From an uncultured Collinsella sp. (lineage in GTDB: Bacteria > Actinomycetota > Coriobacteriia > Coriobacteriales > Coriobacteriaceae), in the NCBI GenBank assembly GCA_900541045.1, contig UQID01000011.1, positions 2,053-66,052 on the forward strand: DNA of 64,000 bases, in the 5' to 3' direction. The notes below the pieces were generated by a model. It was not told the DNA's origin and ran no database searches. It saw only the letters and a program-made list of their open reading frames with translations. This document shows, one piece after another, positions 48,211 through 58,145 of this stretch (its first letter is position 1; each line of letters starts with the position of its first letter). The position numbers and the translations under genes are program-made.

Positions 48211-48849
48211 TTGTTGGACAGCTATTTTACTCTGCAATCGAATATTGAGGCTTCGGGCGAGTTTGTGGACCGCAAGAGCCGGTTTATTGCCCAGCTGGTC
48301 CATATTGAGTCCGAGGATGAGGCGAATGCCTTTATCGAGATGGTTCGCAAGCGTCATTACGACGCTCGACACAATGTTCCCGCGTGGATTTTGGTCGATG
48401 GACGTGAGCGCCAGAGCGATGATGGTGAGCCGAGCCACACAAGCGGTATGCCGACGCTCGAGGTGCTGCGCGGTGCGGGGCTCAAAAATGTTTGCTGCGT
48501 AGTGACGCGCTATTTTGGTGGCACGCTGTTAGGGCCCGGTGGCTTGGTACGCGCCTATACCGCGGCGACGCAGACGGCGGTGGCCGCGGCTCAGGAGGCC
48601 GGGCAGATCGTTGAGATGACAAGCGTCGTGCCGGTTGACGTGCATGTGGCCTATCCGCAGTACGAGCAGGTGCTTCGTTTGGCGCAGGATTCGGGTGCCA
48701 AGGTTTCGGGCACCGACTACGCGGATGCCGTGACGATTCATTTGGTGTTCAAAGCGGGGGAGCAGGAGCCGTTTTGCGCTAAGATGCGCGAGCTTATGGC
48801 GGGGCGTGAGGAGATTGAGGTCGGCGCTCCCGAATTTGCCGAGTTCTAA
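48211..48849 (+). CDS. yigZ: YigZ/IMPACT family protein
   Basis: KSRFIA, DARHNV.AW, SDDGEP..TSG.P, VTRYFGGTLLG.GGLVRAY. Confidence 0.92.
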   Translation: MLDSYFTLQSNIEASGEFVDRKSRFIAQLVHIESEDEANAFIEMVRKRHYDARHNVPAWILVDGRERQSDDGEPSHTSGMPTLEVLRGAGLKNVCCVVTRYFGGTLLGPGGLVRAYTAATQTAVAAAQEAGQIVEMTSVVPVDVHVAYPQYEQVLRLAQDSGAKVSGTDYADAVTIHLVFKAGEQEPFCAKMRELMAGREEIEVGAPEFAEF

Positions 48850-48917
48850 CGGCGACGGCCGGCGTGCTTTTGGATGGATCCCAAGCGCGCCGGCTGTCGT
48901 TTTTCTGTTGCTGCCGT

Positions 48918-49364
48918 TTACTCGGCGAGCTGCTTTAGCACATCGCAGGCGATCTCGACGGCATCGTCGATGCAGCCGGGGCAGCTGCGGAGCGGACCCT
49001 TGTCCGATCCGATACCCTTGAGCGTGCCGCAGACGGTCGTCGTGTTCTTCTCGCCAAATCGCTTGGCAATTTCACGCGACAGCTTGTAGGTCTGGCCTTT
49101 GGTCTTGGGGTTTTCCATGCCGTCGCTCATCACGAAGCCCATGATGGCCACGGCGCCCGAGATGGCGCCGCAGGTTTCGGTCATGCCGCCCATGCCGGCA
49201 CCAAAGCCCTCGGTGAGGGTAAAGGCGACCTGGGGGTCGAGTCCGACGGCAGGCGCGAGCGTGCAGGCGACGGCCTGGGCGCAGTTAAAGCCACGGGCGT
49301 GGTATTCGGCAGCCTGAGCCTGACAGGCGGTGATGTCGAGCTGGGCCGTATCGATTTGCTTCAT
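48918..49364 (-). CDS. C-GCAxxG-C-C family putative redox protein
   Basis: GFNCAQAV, GFGAGMG..TETCGAISGA, VCGTLKG, SCPGC; AAGGAG RBS before ATG 49364. Confidence 0.88.
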   Translation of the reverse strand: MKQIDTAQLDITACQAQAAEYHARGFNCAQAVACTLAPAVGLDPQVAFTLTEGFGAGMGGMTETCGAISGAVAIMGFVMSDGMENPKTKGQTYKLSREIAKRFGEKNTTTVCGTLKGIGSDKGPLRSCPGCIDDAVEIACDVLKQLAE

Positions 49365-49594
49365 CGTTGTCTCCTTGGTTACGGTGTACTCGCCTATGGT
49401 ACCCGTGACGGTGCATGTAATCATCGAGAGCTTCATGGATGCCTCATTTTTATCTATCGAGCAAATGTCCAAGGCTTGAGATAAATGCCCCGGATCAATT
49501 TGTCTCATAACCTACCTTGGGGATGGGTTGAGAGGGGTGCAGGGTAGCGGTATCGTGAACCAAATAAAACGTAACCCAGGCAAGGGAGCAAGAT

Positions 49595-50878
49595 ATGAGC
49601 GAGCAGACCATCGGTACCACATGTGTTCAGGGCGGCTATCACCCGGGAGATGCCGAGCCGCGCCAGGTGCCCATCTACCAGTCCACCACGTGGAAGTACG
49701 ACACGTCCGAGCACATGGGCAAGCTGTTTGACCTAGAGGAGTCGGGCTACTTCTACAGCCGCCTGCAGAACCCCACGTGCGATCTCGTTGCCGCCAAGAT
49801 CTGCGAGATGGAGGGCGGCACCGCTGCGATGCTCACGAGCTCGGGCATGGCTGCGAACTTCCTCGCGATCTTTAACGTGGCCGGTGCCGGCGATCATGTG
49901 GTTGCTAGCTCTGCCATTTACGGCGGTACGTATAACCTGCTCGCCCACACCATGGGCCGCATGGGCGTGACCTGCACGTTCGTCGCCCCCGACTGCACCG
50001 ATGAGGAGCTCGAGGCAGCCTTTGAGCCCAATACCAAGCTCGTCTTTGGCGAGACGATTGCCAACCCCGCCCTTGCTGTGCTCGATATTGAGCGCTTTGC
50101 CAAGGCCGCACATGACCACGGCGTGCCGCTGATGGTCGACAACACCTTCCCGACGCCCGTGATGTGCCGTCCCTTTGAGTGGGGCGCCGATATCGTTACG
50201 CACTCCACCACCAAGTACATGGATGGACATGCTGCCTACCTGGGCGGCGTGATCGTTGACCACGGCCAGTTTGACTGGATGGCTCATGCGGACAAGTTCC
50301 CGGGTCTTACCACGCCCGATGAGAGCTACCACGGCGTGACCTATGCCGAGAAGTTTGGTCGCGAGGGTGCCTTCATTACCAAGGCAACCGCTCAGCTCAT
50401 GCGCGATCTTGGTCCTATGCAGAATCCGCAGGCGGCCTTCTTCCTGAACAGCTCGCTCGAGAGCCTGCATGTGCGCATGCCGCGTCATTGCGAGAACGGC
50501 CTGGCCGTTGCCAAGTTCCTGCAGAGCCATCCCAAGGTGCGCTTCGTGAGCTATCCGGGCCTGGAGGGCGATAAGTACTATGACATCGCTCAGAAGTACA
50601 TGCCCAACGGTACCTGCGGCGTTGTGAGCTTTGGCTTTAACGGTGGTCGCGCGGCGGCCGAGACCTTTATGAAGAGCCTCAAGCTCGCCCAGATCGCCAC
50701 GCACGTGGCCGACGCCCGCACTTGCTGCCTGCATCCCGCTAATGCCACGCATCGCCAGATGAACGATGAGGAGCTCATCGCCTGTGGCATCTCCGCCGAC
50801 ATGGTGCGCCTGTCGTGCGGCCTCGAGGACACGGCCGACCTGATTGCCGACCTTGAGCAGGCACTCGAGCAGTGCTAG
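49595..50878 (+). CDS. metY: O-acetylhomoserine sulfhydrylase / cysteine synthase (PLP-dependent)
   Basis: PIYQSTT, YSRLQNPT, SSGMAA, VDNTF, HSTTKYMDGH, HPANATHRQ, VRLSCGLE. Confidence 0.9.
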   Translation: MSEQTIGTTCVQGGYHPGDAEPRQVPIYQSTTWKYDTSEHMGKLFDLEESGYFYSRLQNPTCDLVAAKICEMEGGTAAMLTSSGMAANFLAIFNVAGAGDHVVASSAIYGGTYNLLAHTMGRMGVTCTFVAPDCTDEELEAAFEPNTKLVFGETIANPALAVLDIERFAKAAHDHGVPLMVDNTFPTPVMCRPFEWGADIVTHSTTKYMDGHAAYLGGVIVDHGQFDWMAHADKFPGLTTPDESYHGVTYAEKFGREGAFITKATAQLMRDLGPMQNPQAAFFLNSSLESLHVRMPRHCENGLAVAKFLQSHPKVRFVSYPGLEGDKYYDIAQKYMPNGTCGVVSFGFNGGRAAAETFMKSLKLAQIATHVADARTCCLHPANATHRQMNDEELIACGISADMVRLSCGLEDTADLIADLEQALEQC

Positions 50879-50945
50879 GCTAGCTCCGTATAAGGTGCCG
50901 ATGCTGGCAGAAAGCTTCGGCGACCTTTCGTTCCGATTCCGTAGG

Positions 50946-50992
50946 CGGGACCCCAATCGCGACTGTTTGCAGGCGATTGGGGCCCCGTTTTT
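50946..50992 (+). terminator. Terminator after metY
   Basis: CCCCAATCGC/GCGATTGGGG stem followed by TTTTT. Confidence 0.7.
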
Positions 50993-51018
50993 GTGTTGCG
51001 CCACTCGAAAGGATGGAT

Positions 51019-52323
51019 ATGGAGAAAACCGCAGAGCAGCTGCGCCGCGAGCACATTGCCCTTGAGGGCGACACCCATGGCAAGAACAAATGGGCGATTC
51101 TGTTTACCGTGCTCATCATGACGTTTATGGTGTGTCTGGATTCGACCGTCGTGACCGTGGCGCTGCCCGTGATGCAAAAGGAGCTGGGCGTGGGCCTCGA
51201 TCGCATTCAGCTGGTGAGCTCGGTGTATCTGCTTGCGACTTGCGTGGCCATGTTGCCGTTTGGCCGTCTGGGCGACGTGCGCGGCAAGGTGAATGTGTTC
51301 CAGTTGGGCGTCATCGTCTTTTCGGTCGGTTCGCTGCTGTGCGGCCTTTCGGCCTCGCTCGAAGTTCTTATTCTGGCACGCATTGTTCAGGGCGTCGGTT
51401 GCGCGGCGGCCATGGCTAACAACATGGGTATCATCACCGAGTCGTTTCCGGCGCGTGAGCGCGGCCGTGCCATGGGCATTCTGGCGACCTTTGTGGCTCT
51501 TGGCATGATGTGCGGCCCCGTGCTCGGCGGCGTGCTGGTGGCAAGCTTTCCCTGGGAGAGCATCTTCCTCATCAACCTGCCCATTGGCGTCATCTCGTTT
51601 ATCGTGGGGCTCTACACGCTGCCGCATGTTAAGCCGGAGGCCGGCGAGCGTCCCATGTCCCTGATCGAGGCTGCTCGTCGCTGCTTTGCAAATTCGGCCT
51701 TCACCATCAACCTTGCCTGCATGCTCATCATGTTCGTTGGTATTGGCGCATCCGAGTTTATTCTGCCGTTCTATTTTCAGGACGCCCACGGCTTCGGTTC
51801 TGATATCTCTGGACTACTCTTTTTGGCGCTGCCGATGGTGAATGCCTTTATCGGCCCGCTTTCGGGTACGGTTTCGGACCGTGTTGGCTGCGAGGGCCCC
51901 ACGGCGGTCGGCCTGGGCGTGTACGTGTGCGGTCTCTTTGCGGTGAGCACGCTCGACGAGCACTCTTCTATCCCTGTGATCGTGTGCTGTGTCGCGTTTA
52001 TGTCGTGCGGCACGTCGATTTTCCAGAGCCCCAATAACTCGTTGTATATGGGCTCGGCTCCGCGCGAAGCGCTCGGCTTTGCGGGCAGCCTGGGTAGTTT
52101 GGCACGCTACGCCGGCATGGCGCTCGGCATTACGGCGGCGTCGCATATCCTGTATGGGCAGATGAGCGTGGCAATGGGCGAGGCCGTGACCAGTTTTGTT
52201 ACAGGTCGTCCGGACGTATTCCTATTCGGCTTTCGCTCGGTGTTCTACGTACTCATGGCTGTGGCCGCCGTGGGCTTTGCGCTTGCCATGGTGCGTTTGG
52301 TGAAGATGCGCGCCCGCCATTAG
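51019..52323 (+). CDS. MFS drug/metabolite efflux transporter (DHA2/EmrB-like motifs)
   Basis: LDSTVVTVALP, GRLGDVRGK (motif A), ARIVQGVG, GPVLGG, WESIFLINLPIG, FQSPNNS. Confidence 0.9.
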   Translation: MEKTAEQLRREHIALEGDTHGKNKWAILFTVLIMTFMVCLDSTVVTVALPVMQKELGVGLDRIQLVSSVYLLATCVAMLPFGRLGDVRGKVNVFQLGVIVFSVGSLLCGLSASLEVLILARIVQGVGCAAAMANNMGIITESFPARERGRAMGILATFVALGMMCGPVLGGVLVASFPWESIFLINLPIGVISFIVGLYTLPHVKPEAGERPMSLIEAARRCFANSAFTINLACMLIMFVGIGASEFILPFYFQDAHGFGSDISGLLFLALPMVNAFIGPLSGTVSDRVGCEGPTAVGLGVYVCGLFAVSTLDEHSSIPVIVCCVAFMSCGTSIFQSPNNSLYMGSAPREALGFAGSLGSLARYAGMALGITAASHILYGQMSVAMGEAVTSFVTGRPDVFLFGFRSVFYVLMAVAAVGFALAMVRLVKMRARH

Positions 52324-52480
52324 CATGTTGGGAGGCTGTCTGCCACGATTCGCGCCGTCCCAAAAAGACTGGTTTGTGGTGCGATGTGGCTTGTGGGGCG
52401 GGCGGGGGTCGGTCCGTGGTAGACTATCGAACAACGTTTATTAATCGCGCGGTATCGTTGCCGCGAGAAGGGGTTGCGCC

Positions 52481-53059
52481 ATGCAGGAGCTTGAGGATCG
52501 TATTCGCCATGACGGCATCGTAAAGGCCGGTAACGTCCTTAAGGTTGATGCCTTCCTCAACCACCAGTGCGACGTTGAGCTGTTCGACCACATGGGCGCC
52601 GAATGGGCCCGTCTGTTCGAGGGTGTCGAGATCAACAAGATCCTGACGATTGAGGCTTCGGGTATTGGTATGGCCTGCATCGCAGCTCAGCATTTTGGCG
52701 GCGTGCCGGTGGTCTTTGCAAAGAAGGCCCAGTCCATCAACCTTGACGGCGAGCAGTATGCCACGACCATCTATTCCTTTACCAAGCAGAAGGAGTACCC
52801 GGTCATTGTCGGCAAGCGCTTTCTGTCCGAGGGCGATAAGGTCCTGATTATCGACGACTTCCTGGCCAACGGCTGCGCGCTTGAGGGCCTTATTAAGATC
52901 TGCGAGGCTGCGGGCGCCGAAGTTGCCGGCATTGGCATTGCCGTTGAGAAGGGCTTCCAGGGCGGCGGCGATAAGCTCCGTAAGCGCGGCTTCCGCGTTG
53001 AGAGCTTGGCCCGTATCGCCGATATGGACTGCGAGAACGGCGAGATCACCTTCGCCTAA
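52481..53059 (+). CDS. xpt: Xanthine phosphoribosyltransferase
   Basis: [44 protein letters not shown]. Confidence 0.95.
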   Translation: MQELEDRIRHDGIVKAGNVLKVDAFLNHQCDVELFDHMGAEWARLFEGVEINKILTIEASGIGMACIAAQHFGGVPVVFAKKAQSINLDGEQYATTIYSFTKQKEYPVIVGKRFLSEGDKVLIIDDFLANGCALEGLIKICEAAGAEVAGIGIAVEKGFQGGGDKLRKRGFRVESLARIADMDCENGEITFA

Positions 53060-53086
53060 GCGCGCAACACAAGCGATTGGTATGCG

Positions 53087-53117
53087 ATGTGACAAAGGGA
53101 CTGTCCCTTTGTCACAT
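53087..53117. repeat. REP-like perfect palindrome (may also act as the xpt terminator)
   Basis: ATGTGACAAAGGGAC-T-GTCCCTTTGTCACAT followed by a T-run. Confidence 0.75.
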
Positions 53118-53142
53118 TTTTTGTATGAGGGGAGGTGTTGAT

Positions 53143-53523
53143 ATGGACGAGAACAAGATGGGCTGGCGCGAGTATGCGCGCTTTGCCGAGATGTCGGTTG
53201 AGGAGCTGGCGCGCGATTGCGAGGTACAGGTGTTTCGCGCGACGGGTCCGGGTGGGCAGGGCGTGAACACGACGGACTCTGCGGTGCGCATGAAACATGG
53301 GCCCACGGGGATTGTCGTGACGGCGCGTGAGAGCCGCAGCCAGTTTCAGAATCGCGCGAGCTGCCTGCGTAAGCTGCGCGCTGAGCTTGAGCGTCGCGGG
53401 CGTCCACCGCGTCGACGCGTAAAGACCAAGGTGCCTCAGCGCTCTCGCCAGCGCAGGCTTAATGACAAGCACTTCAACGCCATTAAAAAGGCCAACCGTC
53501 GCAAGCCGGGCGGGGAGGAATAG
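53143..53523 (+). CDS. Peptide chain release factor-like ribosome rescue protein (ArfB/YaeJ-like)
   Basis: [21 protein letters not shown] domain, RSQFQNR, basic C-terminal tail; GGAGG RBS. Confidence 0.88.
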   Translation: MDENKMGWREYARFAEMSVEELARDCEVQVFRATGPGGQGVNTTDSAVRMKHGPTGIVVTARESRSQFQNRASCLRKLRAELERRGRPPRRRVKTKVPQRSRQRRLNDKHFNAIKKANRRKPGGEE

Positions 53524-53531
53524 CCTCCTCG

Positions 53532-53602
53532 TAAGTTGCGGTGAAATAGGGACTGTTTATGCAGCTAAAGCCGTAAGACAGTCCCTATTTCACCGCAACT
53601 TA
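53532..53602. repeat. 25-bp perfect inverted repeat with AGGGACTGT core between convergent genes
   Basis: TAAGTTGCGGTGAAATAGGGACTGT (53532-53556) / ACAGTCCCTATTTCACCGCAACTTA (53578-53602). Confidence 0.85.
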
Positions 53603-53609
53603 GGTGGGG

Positions 53610-54572
53610 TTAGCGGGTGGGGTGCCAGACCTCGAGGGCGCCGGCGAGGATGTCGACCTCGATGCGTGAGGCGACAACGGGCTCGCCGTCGGCCTGGATG
53701 GGGTAGTCGGGCTCCTCCAAGGTGAGCGCGGCATGGCGGCATCGGCGCATGCGAACCGGTGGCAACTTGGTATGGTGGCCGTCCTTAGCCGAAAGAAACA
53801 TAGGCAGGGCAACCGCGCGAGGGACGGGGCCGCAGGCGTAGCAGACGTCGAGCATGCCGTCGCAGGGGTCGGCATCGGGGCAGATACGATAGCCCGAGCC
53901 ATACGTGGGGCCCAGCTGAATCGCCATGATGATCGCCCTCACGCGCTCGGCGGGCGCGCCGTCAAAGCTGGCTGTCATGGGGTAATTGCGATAGCGTAGG
54001 CCAAACTGCTCAAGTCCCGAGAGAGTGTAGAGCGGAGTGCCGGCGAGACCCGTCTTTTTGCGCAGCTCGGTGGTGCCCAGGCCGATGGCGGCATCGATGC
54101 CGATCGAAAGCGTCTGGTCGTAGTACTCAACGGAAGCCTCGCCGCTACCGCTTGCGGGGTTCCATGAGCGAATGCGCCCGATGTCCTGACGCTGCAGCTC
54201 GCAGGAGAGCAGCGCGCCAAAATTCTTACCGGAGAAATCGTCGATGCCGAGTGTTTGGGCAAAATCGTTGCCGGAGCCCACGGGTAGGATGGCGAGAGCG
54301 GGGCGGACCGCCTCATCCTGCGTCATAAGCCCGTTGACGACCTCGTGAATCACGCCGTCGCCGCCAAGGGCGATAACGGTGCGATAGCCCTGAGCCTGTG
54401 CGGCAAGCTCCTTGGCGTGTCCCATGCGCTCGGTTAGCACCAGGTCAAACTGGGATGCGCGTGCAGTCATGTCCATAAAGCGTTGCAGGCGCTCGGCAAC
54501 TTCGCGCGCCGCACCCGACTGGGCGGCTGGGTTGGCGATGATGAGCGTGAGGCCAAAATCAGTTGCGTGCAT
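53610..54572 (-). CDS. Diacylglycerol/lipid kinase family protein (DagK/YegS-like)
   Basis: IIANPAA, GGDGVIHEVVNG, PVGSGNDFA, IQADGE; GGGAG RBS before ATG 54572. Confidence 0.9.
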   Translation of the reverse strand: MHATDFGLTLIIANPAAQSGAAREVAERLQRFMDMTARASQFDLVLTERMGHAKELAAQAQGYRTVIALGGDGVIHEVVNGLMTQDEAVRPALAILPVGSGNDFAQTLGIDDFSGKNFGALLSCELQRQDIGRIRSWNPASGSGEASVEYYDQTLSIGIDAAIGLGTTELRKKTGLAGTPLYTLSGLEQFGLRYRNYPMTASFDGAPAERVRAIIMAIQLGPTYGSGYRICPDADPCDGMLDVCYACGPVPRAVALPMFLSAKDGHHTKLPPVRMRRCRHAALTLEEPDYPIQADGEPVVASRIEVDILAGALEVWHPTR

Positions 54573-54659
54573 GGGGCGACTCCCGGCGTATGACGTGACG
54601 GTGCGGTCGCGCTCAGGTCGAATTGCCCCCGATTGTGGCTGCACGTCGAATACTTACGT

Positions 54660-56081
54660 CTACTCTATCAGGTCGTTGTGGCGCTCGATAGCATCCGCTA
54701 CCGTACCGCCCTCATCTACAATAAGCGAACGGCGCTTGGGCGAGATAATGCGCTGGGCGGGGTACACGCCGCGGTGTCCGGCGGTTAGGTAGCTGATAAA
54801 GGCCACGATGACAAAGAACCCGGCAGCCGTGCCGTGGAACAGGTCGATGGCCATCATACAGGTGGTGATAGGCACGTTAAGGCCGGCGCAGAACACGCCG
54901 AGCATGCCCAGCGCTGCCAGAAAGCTGGGATCGATTCCGACGAGGCAACCTATCCAGCCGCCGAGCGCCGCACCGATGCCAAACAGGGGCGTGACCTCGC
55001 CGCCTTGGAAGCCCGCGCCCAGGGTAAGCGCTGTGACGACCAACTTGATGGCTGCGTCCGCCAGGGTGGTGTTGCCGGCAAATCCGGCGCCGGAAAGCCA
55101 CGTGGAAAGGCCGGCGTAGTTCCAGGCGTCGAGGAGGGCATAGGCGGCCAAAACCACGAGTGCGCCGATGAGTGCGCGAACGAGGTAATTGGTGATAAAG
55201 CGACCGTAGAGGCTCTTGACGGTTCGAACCGACCAGGCAAAGAGGCGTGCCGTCAGACCGAAGATAATTGCGCTGATAACAACGATGACGACCGTTTTGG
55301 GCGTCATAGCGGGAACGCTGGCGATGACATTCGCCTCGTACTCGGTACCTAGGGCGAGTGATGTAAAGTAGCCGGTAAACGAGGCGACCAGGCAGTAGAT
55401 GCCCGCGGTGTAGTCGATCTTGCCGATAAAGCACATCTCCATGCCAAAGAAAGCCCCGGCAAGGGGCGAGCCGAATACGGCGCCAAAGGCCGACGAGATG
55501 CCGGCGAGCATGAGGTCGTGGTGGTCATGCTTTTTGAGGTGGGCGAGGCTCGAGATGTTGCTGGCGATGGTGCCGCCAATCTGCACCGCAGCTCCCTCGC
55601 GACCGGCCGATCCGCCCGTTAGGTGCGTGAGCGTGGAGCAGACGAAGGTGAGGACGGCCATGCGCATATGGATGAGGCGGGTGCCCAGAGCGGAGTCGAT
55701 GACCAGGTTGTTACCGCGTTTGGCGGCGAGACCGTGGTTTTTGTACACCCATGCGGTGACAACGCCCACAACGGGAAGCAGCGCGTAAATCCACGCATGC
55801 TGCTCGCGATAGTCGGTCGCGATATTCAACGAGGCCAAAAACGCCCAAGCGGCAACGCCCATGGCGAGCGAGACGATGACGACGAGTGCGAGCAACTTGG
55901 CGCTCGCGAGTAGGTTGCGGGCGTTGCGGCGCGTGTCGGCAGCCAAGAGATGCTCAGAGCGGGTGAGCTGATGCCTGCCTGCCGCGATGACGTCGTTCAG
56001 AGAGAAAAAACCGCCTTCGTCGAGCGGCTGGGAATGATCCTGCGCTTCGTTTGCGCTTTCGGGTTTGTCGTTATGAGCCAT
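54660..56081 (-). CDS. CLC-family transporter, CLC-F (fluoride/H+ antiporter) type
   Basis: GNNLV, GREGA and GEVTP motifs. Confidence 0.88.
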   Translation of the reverse strand: MAHNDKPESANEAQDHSQPLDEGGFFSLNDVIAAGRHQLTRSEHLLAADTRRNARNLLASAKLLALVVIVSLAMGVAAWAFLASLNIATDYREQHAWIYALLPVVGVVTAWVYKNHGLAAKRGNNLVIDSALGTRLIHMRMAVLTFVCSTLTHLTGGSAGREGAAVQIGGTIASNISSLAHLKKHDHHDLMLAGISSAFGAVFGSPLAGAFFGMEMCFIGKIDYTAGIYCLVASFTGYFTSLALGTEYEANVIASVPAMTPKTVVIVVISAIIFGLTARLFAWSVRTVKSLYGRFITNYLVRALIGALVVLAAYALLDAWNYAGLSTWLSGAGFAGNTTLADAAIKLVVTALTLGAGFQGGEVTPLFGIGAALGGWIGCLVGIDPSFLAALGMLGVFCAGLNVPITTCMMAIDLFHGTAAGFFVIVAFISYLTAGHRGVYPAQRIISPKRRSLIVDEGGTVADAIERHNDLIE

Positions 56082-56291
56082 ACGTTCCTCTTTTAGGTTG
56101 CAACGCAAGCATTATAAAACGCAGTAAACGCGACGAGCCGGTGGGTTGGTTTCCATTCTGTTTCGCGGCCTGCAACTGACAGGTGTATTTGCGGGTGCAG
56201 GCCGAGTCGCGGTCGTGCGTCGGGGGATTATACTGAGACAAGCATAAAGAATCGGCGCCCCTGTTGTGCGCCGTGGCATTAAGAGGCGCAT

Positions 56292-57554
56292 ATGGCAGAG
56301 AAACTCATTCCGCTGGAGGACGCGCAGTCGATTGTTCTGTCGCACGTTGCTCCGACCGATCTCGTCGAGATTCCCGTGTGGCAGGCCGCCGGTCTTCCCT
56401 TGGCCGAGGACGCGGTGGCCGATATCGACATCTCGCCGTTTGCCAACAGCGCCATGGACGGGTATGCCGTGCGCTCGGCGGACTTGGCGCAGGCATCTGG
56501 CGAGGCGCCGGTGACGCTCGATGTTATCGGACATGAGGCCGCGGGTCATGTGTTTGGGGACGCAATCGGCGCGGGCGAGACGGTCCGCATCATGACGGGC
56601 GCGCCGGTGCCCGAGGGTGCCGATGCCGTGGTGAAGTACGAGATCGTCGATGTGCTCGACGGTGACGGCAACGAGGGCTCGCGTGTGAGGTTTTTGGCGC
56701 CGGCCAAGGTGGGGAAGAACGTTCGCTCTGCCGCCGAGGAGGCCCATGCCGGCGAAGTCGTGATGCGTGCTGGCGAGGTTGTGACTCCGGCCGGCGCCGG
56801 CCTGCTGGCAAGCGCCGGTTACGCGAGCGTGAAGGTCCATGCCGCTCCGCGCGTGGGCATTATCTCGCTGGGCACGGAGCTGGTCGCGCCGAGTGAGCTG
56901 CCGGCGCGCGGGCAGATTCGCGACTCCAACTCCTCGGCGCTGATGGCCGAGGCGCTCGATGCCGGCGCCGAGCCCGTGTTCTACGGTATTGCGCCCGACG
57001 ATGAGCAGGCGATTGGCGAGCTGGTGCATCGCGCCACGCGAGAGTGCGATTTTGTCATTACGAGCGGCGGCGCCTCGGCGGGCGATTACGACTACGTGAC
57101 GGCGCTCGTCCGGCGCGAGGGCGTGGTGCTGTTCGATCGCATCTCGATGCGTCCGGGCAAGGCCATCACGTTTGGCTTGCTCGGGGGCAAGCCCTACCTA
57201 GGGCTTTCAGGCAATCCGGCCGCGGCGTATGTGGGCTTTGAGATGCTCGCCCGTCCGGCGATTCGCAAGATGCGCGGCTTTGCCGAGGGCGTGCGTCCCG
57301 TGCAGCAGGCGACGCTCACGCACGGCGTGAAAAAGCGCCAGGACCGACGCTTCTTCGATCGCGCCACGGTTTTGCGCGACCCCGAGACCAGTGAGCTGTT
57401 GGTGACCGAGGCCAAGACGCAGAATTCGGCTCTGCTCGGCACGATGCAGCGGTCCAACTGCCTGCTGCGTATTGACGAAGGACCGTGCGAGCTCAAGGCG
57501 GGCGACGTCGTGGATGTCGTGCGTGTCGACCTGCCCGAGGGCACGGTGTTGTAG
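56292..57554 (+). CDS. moeA: Molybdopterin molybdotransferase
   Basis: PFANSAMDGYAV, RIMTGAPVPEGADAVV, GQIRDSN, TSGGASAGDYD, MRPGK, GLSGNP. Confidence 0.95.
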   Translation: MAEKLIPLEDAQSIVLSHVAPTDLVEIPVWQAAGLPLAEDAVADIDISPFANSAMDGYAVRSADLAQASGEAPVTLDVIGHEAAGHVFGDAIGAGETVRIMTGAPVPEGADAVVKYEIVDVLDGDGNEGSRVRFLAPAKVGKNVRSAAEEAHAGEVVMRAGEVVTPAGAGLLASAGYASVKVHAAPRVGIISLGTELVAPSELPARGQIRDSNSSALMAEALDAGAEPVFYGIAPDDEQAIGELVHRATRECDFVITSGGASAGDYDYVTALVRREGVVLFDRISMRPGKAITFGLLGGKPYLGLSGNPAAAYVGFEMLARPAIRKMRGFAEGVRPVQQATLTHGVKKRQDRRFFDRATVLRDPETSELLVTEAKTQNSALLGTMQRSNCLLRIDEGPCELKAGDVVDVVRVDLPEGTVL

Positions 57555-57564
57555 GAGGAAGACT

Positions 57565-58044
57565 ATGGAGTTGAAGATTTCGATCGTGACGTGCTCGGAT
57601 ACGCGCGATCTTGCTCAGGACGAGGCTGGAGCCGCACTCGAGGAACTTATCGAGGCGCAGGGCTGGACGGTCGTCTCACATGTGGTCGTGCGCGACGACG
57701 CCAGCGAGATCGGTGATGCCATTGTGGAAGCTGCCGATGAGTGCCACGCCAACGTCGTCCTCACCTGTGGCGGCACGGGACTTTCGATGCGCGACGTGAC
57801 GCCCGAGGCGACGCGTGCCGTCTGCGACCGCGATGTGCCGGGTATTGCAGAGGCAATCCGTGCGTACTCCATGACCAAGACACGCCGCGCTATGCTCTCG
57901 CGCGCCGTGTGCATGCAGCGTGGGCATACGCTTGTCATCAACTTTCCGGGATCCACGAAAGCGGCCCGCGAAAGCTGGGAGGCCGTGAGCGATCAGCTGG
58001 AGCATGCGGCCCAAATGACGGCGGGCGGCGGACATACCAAATAA
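57565..58044 (+). CDS. moaB: MogA/MoaB family molybdopterin adenylyltransferase
   Basis: IVTCSD, TCGGTG..RDVTPEAT, AMLSR, INFPGS; AGGAGG RBS. Confidence 0.9.
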   Translation: MELKISIVTCSDTRDLAQDEAGAALEELIEAQGWTVVSHVVVRDDASEIGDAIVEAADECHANVVLTCGGTGLSMRDVTPEATRAVCDRDVPGIAEAIRAYSMTKTRRAMLSRAVCMQRGHTLVINFPGSTKAARESWEAVSDQLEHAAQMTAGGGHTK

Positions 58045-58145
58045 GCGGTTTACCTGCGGCGGGGCGACCTGAACGGCTGCTCCGCCTTTGTTTTCCGCCG
58101 AAGCGACGCCGAGGTGCACGGCAACTCGAAACTATATTCTCTAGC

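Noticed and set aside
48918..49364. Selenoprotein possibility for the C-GCAxxG-C-C protein
   Set aside because: No in-frame TGA; the motif cysteines are ordinary Cys codons.
49500..49594. SAM riboswitch or T-box upstream of metY
   Set aside because: No recognisable consensus elements in the short leader.
50880..50945. Riboswitch upstream of the MFS exporter
   Set aside because: Small hairpins are present but I could not match guanidine, fluoride or other aptamer consensus; adequately explained as the metY 3' UTR and terminator.
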